Part shown: positions 24,644-37,640 of the stretch, one piece after another
How positions within the stretch are numbered: position 1 is the stretch's first letter
Layout of the letters: each line of letters opens with the position of its first letter
From: Octopus sinensis
Taxonomy: Eukaryota
Direction: 5' to 3'
NCBI RefSeq assembly: GCF_006345805.1
Contig: NW_021833431.1
Location: 1-64,000, forward strand
DNA: 64,000 nt
Position numbers and translations under genes: made by a program
The notes under the pieces: model-generated
Database searches by the model: none
The model's input: the letters and a program-made list of their open reading frames with translations, nothing else
Told to the model about the DNA's origin: nothing

Positions 24644-25047
24644 AGGCGCAGGAGTGGCTGTGTGGTAAGTAGCTTGCTTACCAACCACATGGTTCCATGT
24701 TCAGTCCCACTGCGTGGCATCTTGGGCAAGTGTCTTCTGCTATAGCCCCCGAGCCGACCAATGCCTTGTGAGTGGATTTGGTAGACGGAAACTGAAAGAA
24801 GCCTGTCGTATATATGTGTTAGTATATATATAATGTATTTGTGTGTCTGTGTTTGTCCCCCTAGCATTGCTTGACAACCGATGCTGGTGTGTTTACGTCC
24901 CCGTCACATAGCGGTTCGGCAAAAGAGACCGATAGAATAAGTACTGGGCTTACAAAAAATAAGTCCTGGGTCGATTTGCTCGACTAAAGGCGGTGCTCCA
25001 GCATGACCGCAATCAAATGATTGAAACAAGTAAAAGAGTAAAAGAGT
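24644..25047 (+). mobile_element. SINE family B, full length
   Basis: Consensus match ending AAAAGAGTAAAAGAGT. Confidence 0.92.
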
Positions 25048-25563
25048 AATCGCAGACCTAAGTAGAGTTATAAAACGCGAAAATGGCGACATAAAGGAAA
25101 CTGCAAGTTGGTCGAAAGCTTATCTTGCATATAAATATTATTTTCAGGAAATGAATATTTCCATGCTATATGTTTTGATTGACAAGTCACGCAAGCATCA
25201 GGTTACGGAATGCTCGAGTCCGTTATGGAAAATACTCCGTAATTATTCAATTATTGTCATTTAATTAGCGTGATCCTATGTATGAATATATTTCGTTACA
25301 TAATTACTTATTTTCAGTTATATTATATCTGTTTATATATAGGGGGTTCAACGTAATTATTTGTCATTCTTTCTATACCGTAAATGCTTTAAGGGATAAT
25401 TTGGGCTTCTATAGCAAGCAGCGATGCGTTGGATTATCTTGGATTTCAGTACCTGTAGGACAGTTGCATCAATCGCCTCCGGATAACTAAGCGAAACAAA
25501 ATATTCGGCTTTTATACGCCAGTAGAGTCATCATCTTTGATGTTCTTGACTGGGACGATTTAT

Positions 25564-25779
25564 ACTCTTTACTCTTTTACTTGTTTCAGTCATGTGGCTG
25601 CGGCCATGCTGGAGTACCGCCTTTAGTCGACCCCAGGACTTATACTTTGTAAGCCTAGTACTTATTCTATCAGTCTCTTTTGTCGAACCGCTAAGTTACG
25701 GGGACGTAAACACATCGGCATCGGTTGTCAGGCGATGGTTGGGGAACAAACACAGACACACAGACAGACAGACAGACAG

Positions 25780-25814
<35 letters not shown>

Positions 25815-25987
25815 CATATATACGACGGGCTTCTTTCAGTTTCCGTCTACCAAATCCACTCACAATTCTTTGGTCGGCCCGAGGCTATAGTAGAAGACAC
25901 TTGCCCAAGGTGCCACGCAGTGGGACTGAATCCGGAACCATGCGGTTGGAAAGCAAGCTACTTACCACACACCCACTCTTGCGCCTG
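25564..25987 (-). mobile_element. SINE family B, full length
   Basis: Reverse-strand consensus match; inverted relative to 24644-25047. Confidence 0.92.
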
Positions 25988-26039
25988 TTGATCTTTTCCT
26001 ATCTTTTTTTTTACTTGCTCTGATTTTCAAACCAAACTG

Positions 26040-26335
26040 ATATCTTTTCTACCGTTCCTGCGATGGCCTCTGTCTTAGGAGCTAGCTGTTCGGATGCCAC
26101 GTCTACTGAGGCACTCCTGACTCATAAGTTTCCTCAACTGGCATTGTGCACCAGCCAAATCTCTGGGCCACCTATATGCTTTGTCCTTCATCTTTTCCAG
26201 AACTTTAGTTCTCTGGAACTACCACTCTGCTATTTCCTTCTGGTTTCGAACTTGCCAAATTTTAAACCGAACGTCAACAGCTTGAATGTGAAGGCTAGGG
26301 TTCGGTTCCTTTACTCAAGCCCAGTAAGTGGCATT
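26040..26335 (+). mobile_element. LINE ORF2 3'-terminal relic (CR1/L2 group)
   Basis: Frameshifted reading FSRTLVLWN...PSGFELAKF/KPNVNSL resembles the FFPRT..LWNSLP..VFP..YNL..FK..VN C-terminus of CR1/L2-group elements. Confidence 0.55.
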
Positions 26336-26633
26336 TTTAGGTCAACATATTATAGTTGCTTCTATTTAGCTGTTGTCCTCTCAGATATAATCTAATACGT
26401 TCCAACTGGTCTGCTCGCTTAGCCAGCAGGGTGGCGTCATTTGAAGGCTAAAACAATGCAAAGCGCATTGTGACCAGCGATGTGTAGCAACATCTGATAA
26501 CCTGGTCGGTCACGATGATCACGGTGATATTATAGTTGCTTCTATTTATTTGTTGTCCTTACAGATTTGGCGTAGATATAATCTAATACGTTCCAACAGT
26601 GACTGCTTTGTCTTTTTATCGGTGCTCAAATAT

Positions 26634-26942
26634 TGTTGTTGTTTCTTTGATCCTTCTCGAGCCAAGCCTGGCTCATAAGGGCCGGTTTCTCGGTTTCATT
26701 CGGGTATAGGTTCCCCACCAGGACGGGACGCCGGTCCGTCGCAGGTGAGCGGCACGATGCAGGAGGAAAGAGTGAAAGTTGTGGCCAAAGAATCAGCATA
26801 AGTTTTGCCATTTCCTTCTGCCGGAGCCGCGTGGAGTTAAGGTGTTTCGCTCATAAACACAGACATAGCTCGGTATGAGATTCGAACCAGCGATCCCTCG
26901 ACCGCGAGTCCGCTGCTCTTACCACTCGGCCATGTTCCTCCA
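26634..26942 (-). mobile_element. SINE family C, short-tail variant C1 (tRNA-Arg-like head, V-domain-like body) with 14-bp TSD
   Basis: Head GTGGAGGAACATGGCCGAGTGGTAAGAGCAGCGGACTCGCGGTC...GGTTCGAATCTC; TSD CGGTGCTCAAATAT at 26620-26633 and 26943-26956; homologous to 57796-58101. Confidence 0.9.
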
Positions 26943-28488
26943 CGGTGCTCAAATATATATTAGCTAGTTTATCTCACACCAATAGAACTCACTTCCTTAA
27001 TATGTCTTTACTCCGGTCATTTGCCCACTGATTTCCTCAGTTCCCCCCAATCAATTCTTTTATAAAAAGAATTGATGTGATTAGTAATTAGGAGTTGGCT
27101 GGTCTATCAGTCACAGACTTTTCAATGTCCAGAAATTCTGGTCTTCTTTTATGCATTTCTGACCCTTAATTCTTTCTAATTTAGATTCAAGGCTAGTAAT
27201 CTTTAGGGCTGAGGCTGGGAACACGTTGATTACAACACCGTCAGTACGTGACTTGTACTTATTTTATCGACCTCCGAAAGAGGATGTAAATCGGTTTCAG
27301 TGCAAAGTGAACTAGAAATACTGTTAAATATTTTGTCCGGTTCGCGAAGGACTCCGCTCGCTCGCCGCCATATTTGCTGGCAGTTAATGTCGCTTTTTTT
27401 ACATTGGTGCACATACACTTATTCATTTTTCAAAATTGTGTTAGACATTGAACTACGGCTATGCTGGGGCATCGACTTGAAAGAAATTGTCCATATAATG
27501 TATTACTGTCGGTCTCTTTTGCTGAACCTCTAAGTTACGAGGACATAAAAATACCAACATTTATTGTCAATTAGTGTTGGGGAGACAAGTGCAAACACAA
27601 AAGTATACATACACATATATACATACTGACGACAGAATACTTAACAGATTCTACCTGCTAAATTCGCACACGAGGCACTGATCCTCTCGGGACAGTAAGA
27701 CACTTTCCTTTAGGCGTTGCGTATTAAGGTTGAACACGAAATTACGTGGTTAAAAATTGACCTTCATCTTCTATAGCATTCTTATCAGCCCGCCAATGGG
27801 CGCCCTAGATCACAAAGACGTGTACCAGTATGGCAAATCGCACTTCCTCATTTAGACTTAATCTAGCTCTTCGTCTTCCTCTTTTTATGAAGGGGTGGAT
27901 TTTATAAGTCGGGTTATTGGCCAATCTGCCAACTAAACAAGTGGAACCTGTGTTATCTCGAAACCTGATCTTTTTTTTTTTTCAACCATTCACGGACCAC
28001 TGATTATTTCAAATCTGGGAAAAGGCCAACAGTTTTGGGAGTGAGGGGCAAGTCGATTTCGACGACCCTGGTACTTGACTGGTTCGTATGTTATTGATCT
28101 CTGAAAAAAAAAAAAAATAAAGACAAAGTCTACCTCAGTAGAATTTGAACTCAGAATGTCAAGAACAAGAAAAATATGTAGCTATTTTTGTACGATACGC
28201 TAACGATTCTACCATGTCACCTGCTTGCTGATTATTAATGGTGCTTCAGTATTTTTTTTTACACTGATTAATTACACTCACACACATACAGATGTGCGCA
28301 CAGTTATTTATCTTTTATTGGTTTCTGTCATTGGAATGTGGCCATGTTGGGGCACCGACTCGAAATGTTTATTCGAACTAATCGCATCCCTTGGTTTTTA
28401 ATCTGTAAGTCTGATGCTGAATTACTGGATGATAAATACACCAGCACCAGTTGGTGGAGGAAGAAACACACACACACACACGCACACG

Positions 28489-28559
<71 letters not shown>

Positions 28560-28560
<1 letters not shown>

Positions 28561-28787
28561 TAGATTATTTCATTTGTTGAGCCGTTATTCCCAACTCCTT
28601 TTTCTCTCACGGGTTTTTCTTTCTTTTTTTACATTCTCCATTTTTTCAGCTGTCACCTCTTTCTGTCGAAGAGCATAGGCTCGAAACCTTAATGACTTTT
28701 CCATCCTTCCCGAACGTCAAACTAATACACCTGCTTGTTGTTCCCTCACCCGTCTTCATCTTTTGCTTTCTGTAAACTTAAACTATG

Positions 28788-28790
<3 letters not shown>
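28560..28790 (+). mobile_element. (TA)n-embedded repeat family F (copy 2)
   Basis: CTTTCTGTCGAAGAGCATAGGCTCGAAAC...CTTTTTCC...ACTAATACACCTG.TTGTT...CACC.GTCTTCATCTTTTG, matching the reverse complement of 12962-13165. Confidence 0.65.
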
Positions 28791-28818
<28 letters not shown>

Positions 28819-28957
28819 TATATATCAGCCGAAATTGCGAGGATGATCCGGTTCTTGACTGAAGATTAGAGACTTCGAATGACCTGTCCGTTTTTTGTGT
28901 CATCTAATTTGAGTGTTTTGCGTCCTTGTCCCATTTTCTATTTATATATATATTTTT

Positions 28958-29003
<46 letters not shown>

Positions 29004-30641
29004 GTTAAAGGCGCCTGCACAAGACGCCGCGCAGTGGGCCTGTTACCCGAAATGACATGGTTACGAAGTGTGCTTCTCTGTTTATATAAAATGGGTGGGT
29101 TATATATATTTTTTTTTATAAAAAAAAATATACCAGTACTTGGATCAATATTAACAGATTTTCATTTATTTTTCAGGTCAGCTAGTCCAATCCGTTTGAA
29201 GAAAGAGAGGAATGCGTATATAAAGGAACAAAGAAGTAAAGAAAGGGAAGAAAAAAAAATCCAGTCGATCTTACCACTTAAAAAAAAATCTTAACACACA
29301 CACACCAAGAAATATAATAAAATAAAAGCAGTAAGATAGTTATAAATAACAGAGCATACATATATATATACGTCTATATATATGAGTGTGTGTGGGCTGA
29401 CGACAAAAGAAGAGGAACAGAAAGAACATTTGCCACAAACTTATATCAATTTCGTAGACATCCACTGTCATGGTGCAGACTGCCTCACTTTAAACCTCAC
29501 TTCACTCCTCACTGATACTCCTTAACTAACGGGAAATTTAAATAATTAAGCGGCATACTAATAAAGTTTCCATTATTGTACTACATTGTAGCAGTACCTA
29601 TCATCAGTTTTGGGTATTTCAGTTGAGTTTGGTACTCGCGTGTTATTATTGTAGTTGCAGCTGCGTGTGTTGTATGCGAACGCGTGATCTCCACCTCTGC
29701 GTGTGTACAAGTGTGTAAACAGACGTGTGTGTGTTCTGTTGTGTTGTGTGTATATTATATTTAAGTGAGGATTCAATATATATATATATATATATATATA
29801 TGTTTGTAGATGCATATATATATTAAGTTAGTGAGGTTTGAATAACAGTTATTTTCAAGTGAGGCTATTATTTGTAAACTTTTTTTATATCCAAACTTTT
29901 TTTAATTTAACAAAAAAAAATACAAAAAATATTCTGAGCATTTTTTATACCACTGATTTTATTAATACCATTTGTTATTTTAAAAATATAAAAAAATTTA
30001 AAAAATTGAAAAAATTTTAAATTAACAAAAAAAATATTAAAAAAAATAGCGAACAAATTTTAACAAAGTTGAACATAAAAAGGAAGAAAGGATTGTGAAC
30101 AGAAAAAGAAAGGAAAAACAAGAAGTTTTGTAAATAATAATTTGCCTTCATTTCTTTCGCTTTTGAATGTGAAATTTTCTGAAACCAACTTACGTTTCTA
30201 TATGTGACTGAGCGAACGTTGTAGCGAAAAGGAAGTTCCGCAACACAAAACCAGCGTCGATTAAGTATTTCCAAAGGTAACTATTAATATCTTTACTACT
30301 ACTACTAAATAATAACAATGATAATAAGCATGACAATAATAAACTTAGAGAAGAAACTAACTGTAAATGACACCTTTTTATCTTTTTTATATAGATATTA
30401 TTTAACAATTACTGTTAATAATTACTAACATCTACTTTAGCTTTTTTGTGAGAGCGAGGAATTCTTTGGATAAGAATTGGACTACGATGCAAGGGAATTG
30501 AAGTAGAAATAGGTTTCAAGCATTCAATAATTTATGGAATTAAACGTTTTTAAAGTGCCAGTCATATTAACGATAGAACAAAAGGAAAATCCGTAACAAA
30601 TTATATATATATATAAACTGGCAATATGACCATTCCTAAAT

Positions 30642-30678
<37 letters not shown>

Positions 30679-31268
30679 AAGTGAACGTTTAACATAAAAA
30701 TGAATATTTAGTTTCCAAACGAATGTGTTTTTTATCAGGGAAAAAAAGCAATCTAAATAAGAACAACAAAAATATAATAACAGCAACAACAACAATAAAA
30801 ACGACCGGACACAAGTAATTACGACCAGTCTTCATACATGATATATTTTAAACTAAACTCTCCGAACACATTTTAAGTAGTAAGTGGAAACGTTAGCGGT
30901 GTAAAGTGTACTTGGGTTCGTAGTTGGTCATATATCTATTTATATGCGGGCGGTATGTGCATTTATATGAATATACTTTTTCATTCGATATGGTCTGGTT
31001 TAATTTGTCAAAAATGTTATGCAACAGGAGTTTGTAGAGAGAAAAAAAAAATCGAAAAGTCTTGACTATTTTTATGGACAACCTACAGTAGCAGCAACAG
31101 TATCAACAGAGGAAGCAGTAAGCATCAACAATAACGACGTTAAAAGTTAAGAATATCTGCTATAATTTCAAACGGGAACTTCAACAACAAAAAGAACACT
31201 AACAACATAATTATGTACGTTAGCTTTAGTCACACCTATTGTAGCAATAATAATAATAATAACAACAA

Positions 31269-31638
31269 CAAGAGCACTCACAGAGAGCACAAACCTCCGC
31301 CAAAGTAGCCCCAACATTCTCGTAACGATTTGCCGGAGATGATTTTTAAAACGAGAATATCTGAAATAAGCTCCACTGCTCTCAAAAACGAGAATATTAA
31401 AAATGAGCTCGACCGCTCTCAAAAATTAAATAAAAAAAAAAACGGCAGGAAAAATAATCCAGCATCCTTGTCCGGTAGCGGATCGATCCCAAAATCTAAG
31501 CAGGTCGTGCCAGTCATGAGACCAAACATCCCTGAAAGTTTCATCCGAATTCATTCAGCGGTTCTCGAGATATTTTGTCCACAGACAAACAAACAAATTC
31601 GACTGTAAAGAATGCCTTCGGTAAGGCAAAGGTAATAA
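31269..31638 (-). mobile_element. Helentron-associated non-autonomous element (HINE/DINE-1-like)
   Basis: Minus strand begins TTATTACCTTTGCC with hairpin TGCCTTACCGAAGGCA and a (TTTG)n/TCTG tract, has internal 37-bp tandem units (31348-31421), and ends TTTGGCGGAGGTTTGTGCTCTCTGTGAGTGCTCTTGTT. This is the subterminal-IR plus 3' stem-loop architecture of HINEs. Confidence 0.72.
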
Positions 31639-32559
31639 CATTAACAGCAACGATAATTACGGGGTATTTACAACAGGTTTGCAAGTAATAAAGAGGAAGG
31701 CAAAGGAAAGGAAATAAGGGCTTAGATTTTGGTGGGACCTAAAAGAGACACAAAGAGAATAGTCGATGAAAAAAGGAAAGACAGGAGCAGAAAAGGCTAG
31801 ACGAGAAAAGAGTACAAAAAAAAACAAGGAAGAAAATGGAGGGGGGAAAAATGAATGATACAGAAGATAATGTAGAAAATGTAGTAGAAAAGCTAGAATC
31901 GTAAGTACAACGAGGATACAAGAAGGGTTAAAGGAAGCTGACGATACCAACGTACTCTAAATAGTGTGGGTTACAACTAGTATCTGCAAGAATAGGAAAA
32001 GTAACGAGGGACGGGGAGTACACGGAAGAAGTAAGTAGAAGCTGGAACAATAGCTGTACTACCATCATTGTGGTCATAAACAGCGTTAATAATAATAAAA
32101 AGAGTGTAGCAAGGATTATAAGCATAGGACATGAAAAGAAACAAAAAAGCATTAATTACAATAGATTAATAAAAATTCTTACGAGAGGAATTGGACAGAC
32201 AATGGAAGGGGAAACTGTAGCAGCAAGAACAATGATGTTTAAACCGGTAAGGACAAAATGCTGATGAGATGAAGGAGAGAGTGGTCTAGAGATGTTCTAT
32301 ACTTACCCAACGTTTTTTAAGAAAAAAATCTAGCGTCAAAAACAACCGCATCATCATTAGTTATATAAGTAGATACAGAAATAAAAAAAATGAAAAGCAG
32401 GAAAGCCACAACCTCAACAATAGATTCAGTGTTAACAGACAGACATACACACAAGTTCACATGGGAACTAGAAAGAAAAAAAAAAGCCCGCATCAATCTC
32501 CATTAATAACTAAAACACCAACAAGAGTTATAGAATCAACAACTGTAGTGACATCAGCA

Positions 32560-33190
32560 AGAACAACATCAACGCAGCACACTCCACCCCTTTATAATAT
32601 CAACAGCAGCAACAGTAGCGCCAATACAGTCACTTGTACACTACTACTACTGCTGCTGCCGCTGCTACAGCGACTGCGACGGCTACGATCGCCAGCAGCA
32701 GCGCGAATATCTTCGGTTAAACCTAACGCAAGAACCACAAAAATAAAGACGACTACTACTACTTTTACTACTACTACTACAACTACTGTTACTACTACTA
32801 CTACTTTTACTACTGCTGCTACTAATACTATTTTTACTACTGCTATTACTACTACTATTGCTACTACTACTACTACTTTTACTACTACTGCTACTTTTAC
32901 TACTGCTGCTACTACTGCTATTACTATTACTACTATTACTACTATTACTACTACTACTTTTACTACTACAATTATTATTACTACTACTGCTACTACTACT
33001 AGCGGTGTTTACGAGAGTAGAGGGAAAGCGAATGACTGACTACTATTACAACTACTACTTTTACTAATACTACTACTACTTTTACTACTACTACTACTAC
33101 AACTTTTACTACTACTACTACTACTACTATTACTACTACTACTACTAGCGGTGTTTACGAGAGTAGAGAGAAAGCAAATGACTGACAACG
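32560..33190. repeat. (CAG)/(TAC)/(TAT) trinucleotide field containing a duplicated 40-bp cassette
   Basis: AGCGGTGTTTACGAGAGTAGAG.GAAAGC.AATGACTGAC at 33001-33040 and 33147-33186. Confidence 0.9.
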
Positions 33191-33353
33191 TAGTTTTTCT
33201 GCTGCACACACATTTGCAATGTTGTTGTTTATCTGCTACCAAAACACAAAACAAAACAAAGCAAAAACGCAACGAAAGAGACCTCTTAGGACGAAACTGC
33301 AAACTAATCCAATGTTGTTGTACATGCACTTACATACACATCTTTCTATCTAA

Positions 33354-33359
<6 letters not shown>

Positions 33360-33390
<31 letters not shown>

Positions 33391-33475
33391 CAAATTCCAG
33401 AATACGTTATGTGTAATAAAAATAAGTCAAAGAGGGGAACGTATGTTGATCTCTTAGTAGATTACACACACGCTT

Positions 33476-33506
<31 letters not shown>

Positions 33507-33741
33507 GATAGAACTATGTATGTAGGCATGTCTGTTAGTGTGTGTGGGGGTGTTTGGATGGGGATGAGTTATAAGAATTCTGTGATCTTATAGAAAACTA
33601 ATACTTATTATATTTAAAATATATATGAATGTGGTATTCAGATAGAGACAATAATGCAATGAATGTGACAGTATATTCAATAATATAATTATAATAGCCG
33701 GAATTTTTACCCAAACCATACATATACACACACAAATATGC

Positions 33742-33775
<34 letters not shown>

Positions 33776-33924
33776 ATAGTGTATGTGTGTAATGTGTGTG
33801 TGCGTGTAATGTATATGTGTATATATATGTATGCATGAGTATATATGCATGTATATATATATAAGCACATATGTATATATACATGTATGTATATATATAT
33901 CTATATATATTTGTTTACATGTGT

Positions 33925-33967
<43 letters not shown>

Positions 33968-34083
33968 ATATTATATATATATATATATATCTGTATATAT
34001 ATGTGTATATATGTATACACATGTGTATATGAATATATATATATATGTATATATATGTGTATATATGTATACACATGTGTATA

Positions 34084-34121
<38 letters not shown>

Positions 34122-34165
34122 TGTATATAGTTACAAAGTACGCTCATACATACATTCACATAGAT

Positions 34166-34205
<40 letters not shown>

Positions 34206-34290
34206 CAAATTCCAGAATACGTTATGTGTAATAAAAATAAGTCAAAGAGGGGAACGTATGTTGATCTCTTAGTAAATTACACACACGCTT

Positions 34291-34329
<39 letters not shown>

Positions 34330-34564
34330 GATAGAACTATGTATGTAGGCATGTCTGTTAGTGTGTGTGGGGGTGTTTGGATGGGGATGAGTTATAAGAA
34401 TTCTGTGATCTTATAGAAAACTAATACTTATTATATTTAAAATATATATGAATGTGGTATTCAGATAGAGACAATAATGCAATGAATGTGACAGTATATT
34501 CAATAATATAATTATAATAGCCGGAATTTTTACCCAAACCATACATATACACACACAAATATGC

Positions 34565-34596
<32 letters not shown>

Positions 34597-34745
34597 ATAG
34601 TGTATGTGTGTAATGTGTGTGTGCGTGTAATGTATATGTGTATATATATGTATGCATGAGTATATATGCATGTATATATATATAAGCACATATGTATATA
34701 TACATGTATGTATATATATATCTATATATATTTGTTTACATGTGT

Positions 34746-34803
<58 letters not shown>

Positions 34804-34888
34804 ATCTGTATAAATATGTATATTTTTACATATATATATATATATATATCTGTATATATATGTGTATATATGTATACACATGTGTATA

Positions 34889-34926
<38 letters not shown>

Positions 34927-34995
34927 TGTATATAGTTACAAAGTACGCTCATACATACATTCACATAGATACATATACACACACACACACACACA
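33360..34995. repeat. Tandem duplication, two units of about 815 bp bounded by (CA)n
   Basis: CAAATTCCAGAATACG starts at 33391 and 34206. Unique segments are almost identical (AGTAGATTAC vs AGTAAATTAC) while microsatellite lengths differ. Confidence 0.93.
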
Positions 34996-35509
34996 TGTAA
35001 AGAAATGGAATTACATAAGTTTTATAATATTTCACTAATAATCGTACTGGTCTGCATGCGGACACACAAACATATAGAGGAGAACTACACAGATATAGTT
35101 TTTGTGTGTAAGTAGGCGTAACATCTAATCACTTACAATATTAAAAGTTTAAATCTACATCTACTGCTTGTATTCCACTACTTGGGTATCTATCTGGTTA
35201 ATCGTATATCGACATCGAAATACGGCTATAGATTTACGATATATCCTCACATGGATTTGATCATAGAGAGGCAAGCATTTGTATGTCTGTCAATTTACTG
35301 AAAACTTATACATTTTTAATAAAAGAGTGATAAAATATGCGATTGGTGCGTGTCGGTTAAGCATAGCTTTAGCCTCGATGCATATAAGTAGCTGATCGTT
35401 TACAAGTTTAAGTGACATATCTATAATATATACATGGACTCTTAATTAATCTTATTGCCTTCCCGTGTACTTACGACAAATAATAATAATAATGATAATA
35501 ATAATAATA

Positions 35510-35720
35510 ATCCTTTTTACTGGGGCACAAGGACGCAGATATGTGGGGTGTGGACTAGTCGATTATATCGACCCCAGTACTTGACTGGTACTTAATTTAT
35601 CGACCCCCGAAAGAATGAAAGGCAAACTCTACCTCGACGAAATTTTAACTCAGAATTTAAAAACGGATGAAATGCCGCTAAGCACTTTGACCGGCATGCT
35701 TCGTTTCAGCCGAGTCGCCG
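35510..35720 (-). mobile_element. SINE family A (tail type 2), diverged
   Basis: GTCGATTATATCGACCCCAGT...GGTACTTAATTTATCGACCCCCGAAAG.ATGAAAGGCAAA. Confidence 0.85.
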
Positions 35721-37084
35721 CCAACAATAATAATAATAATAATAATGATGTTGATAATAATCTGGTTAGATGGTATAAACAATATTTACAACAAATGTCT
35801 GATAAATTGTAAATATTCATATATATATATATATAAACACGTTTCTAAATTATTTGTGATAGTCATCAGTAAAGCTAATAATAATAATAATAATAATAAT
35901 AATAGCAGTATATTATTAATAATAATTAATAAGATTGGACATACGTTAGTATTTAGTAATTATATTATTTATTTTTTTTAGGAATATACAAGCATTATTT
36001 TTGTAAAATATTTTGGGATATAATAGAGAACAGAGGCAAAATACCAAAAATTTAAGTAGCGCAACAGGTAAAATAATACAGCAACAAGTGTAAATCCTTG
36101 CCAAAGTCACTCACTCATTCCTTTAAGCAACTCATTCACTCATTCTTTTTCTCCGTCCTCTCAGCGGTCTTTCGCTCTTGTCGACTATAACGTGCTCACT
36201 GACGCACGCTTACACACAAACATACACGGACCGTAGACGTACACTCACTGCATCAACTAATTTTATACGAACTTCTTAGCTGCTCCTTATTCTCTCTCAC
36301 TCTCTTTCTCACCATCATTTTTCTCCTTCTCTCTCACTCATTCACTCACTCACTCGCACAATCTCTCTCTCTCTTTCTCTCTCTCTCTGTCTCTCTCGTT
36401 TAATAAACTCCTCTCTTTCGCCCGCTGCACGCAACCGAAGTCTCCACCTTCTTCACTGCTTCGACTCTTAGATATTTTTTTTTCTTTTTTCTTCTTTTTT
36501 TTTTTCAAACTTCAAATAGCAGCAGCAGCAGCAGCAACAACAGCAGTATCATCACTGCAACAACAACAACAACAACAATTACCACCACAACAACAACAAT
36601 ACGGACAAAATTTATAATAGCAGCATTATTATAAAATTCGCTAGCGAAACCACTTTTCGAACGAAACCAGAAAAAAAATACAAATTTAAACAACATAAGT
36701 AAAACAAACCAAAAAAAAAAGCAACACCGCAATTCTGCTACTACTACTACTACTACCACTACTACTATTACTACTACTACAACTACTACTATAACTACTA
36801 CTACTACTACTACTACAAGAGCCCGTTTTGGTGTTTATTATATTTATTATTGTCATTATCATTGTTATTATTATTATTATTATTATTATTGTTATTATTA
36901 TTGTTATTATTATTACTATTATCACTACTATTGTTATTGTTGTTATTAATCTTTGCAAAGAGGTCTCGAAGGCTTTTGTTTACTTTTACTTTCGCTCCTC
37001 ACTTCTGCATGAATATACATATTCTTCAACAATTTCCCACTTTTTCTACGACCCTTGCTTCCTTGCTTTCTACCTAGTTCGCTT

Positions 37085-37285
37085 CATCTTCCCCGCCGCT
37101 ATTTTCTATCTATCTATCTGTCTGTCTATATCTCTGACTGTTTTACTATCTATCTATCTCTCTATTTATCTATCCCTGCCAATCACTATCTAACTAACTG
37201 TCAATCAATATCTATCTGCCTGTATATCTATCCATCTCTATCAATATATATATATATATATATATATCTATTTGTCTGTCTATCC

Positions 37286-37350
<65 letters not shown>

Positions 37351-37553
37351 CCTGTCTATCACTATCTAACTATCTGTCTATCAATATATATCTCTCTGTC
37401 TATCCATATATCTATCTGTCTGTCAATCCCTGTTTATCTATCTACCTATCTAACTATCTATCTGTCCATCCCAGTCTATCAATATCTATCTATCTATTTA
37501 TCTAATTATTTGTCTGTCCAACCGTGTCTATCAATATCTATCTATCTCTCTCT

Positions 37554-37611
<58 letters not shown>

Positions 37612-37640
37612 CTTTATCTATCTATCTATCTGTCTATCTC
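37085..37640. repeat. (ATCT)n/(GTCT)n tetranucleotide field
   Basis: Seen directly; source of the LSIY-type ORFs. Confidence 0.95.

Noticed and set aside
31275-31284. GTGAGT donor-like site on the minus strand
   Set aside because: Lies inside the 3' stem-loop of the HINE-like element.
32461-33039. 192-aa Thr-rich ORF starting with ATG
   Set aside because: Built from (CAG)/(TAC) microsatellite; no recognisable domain.
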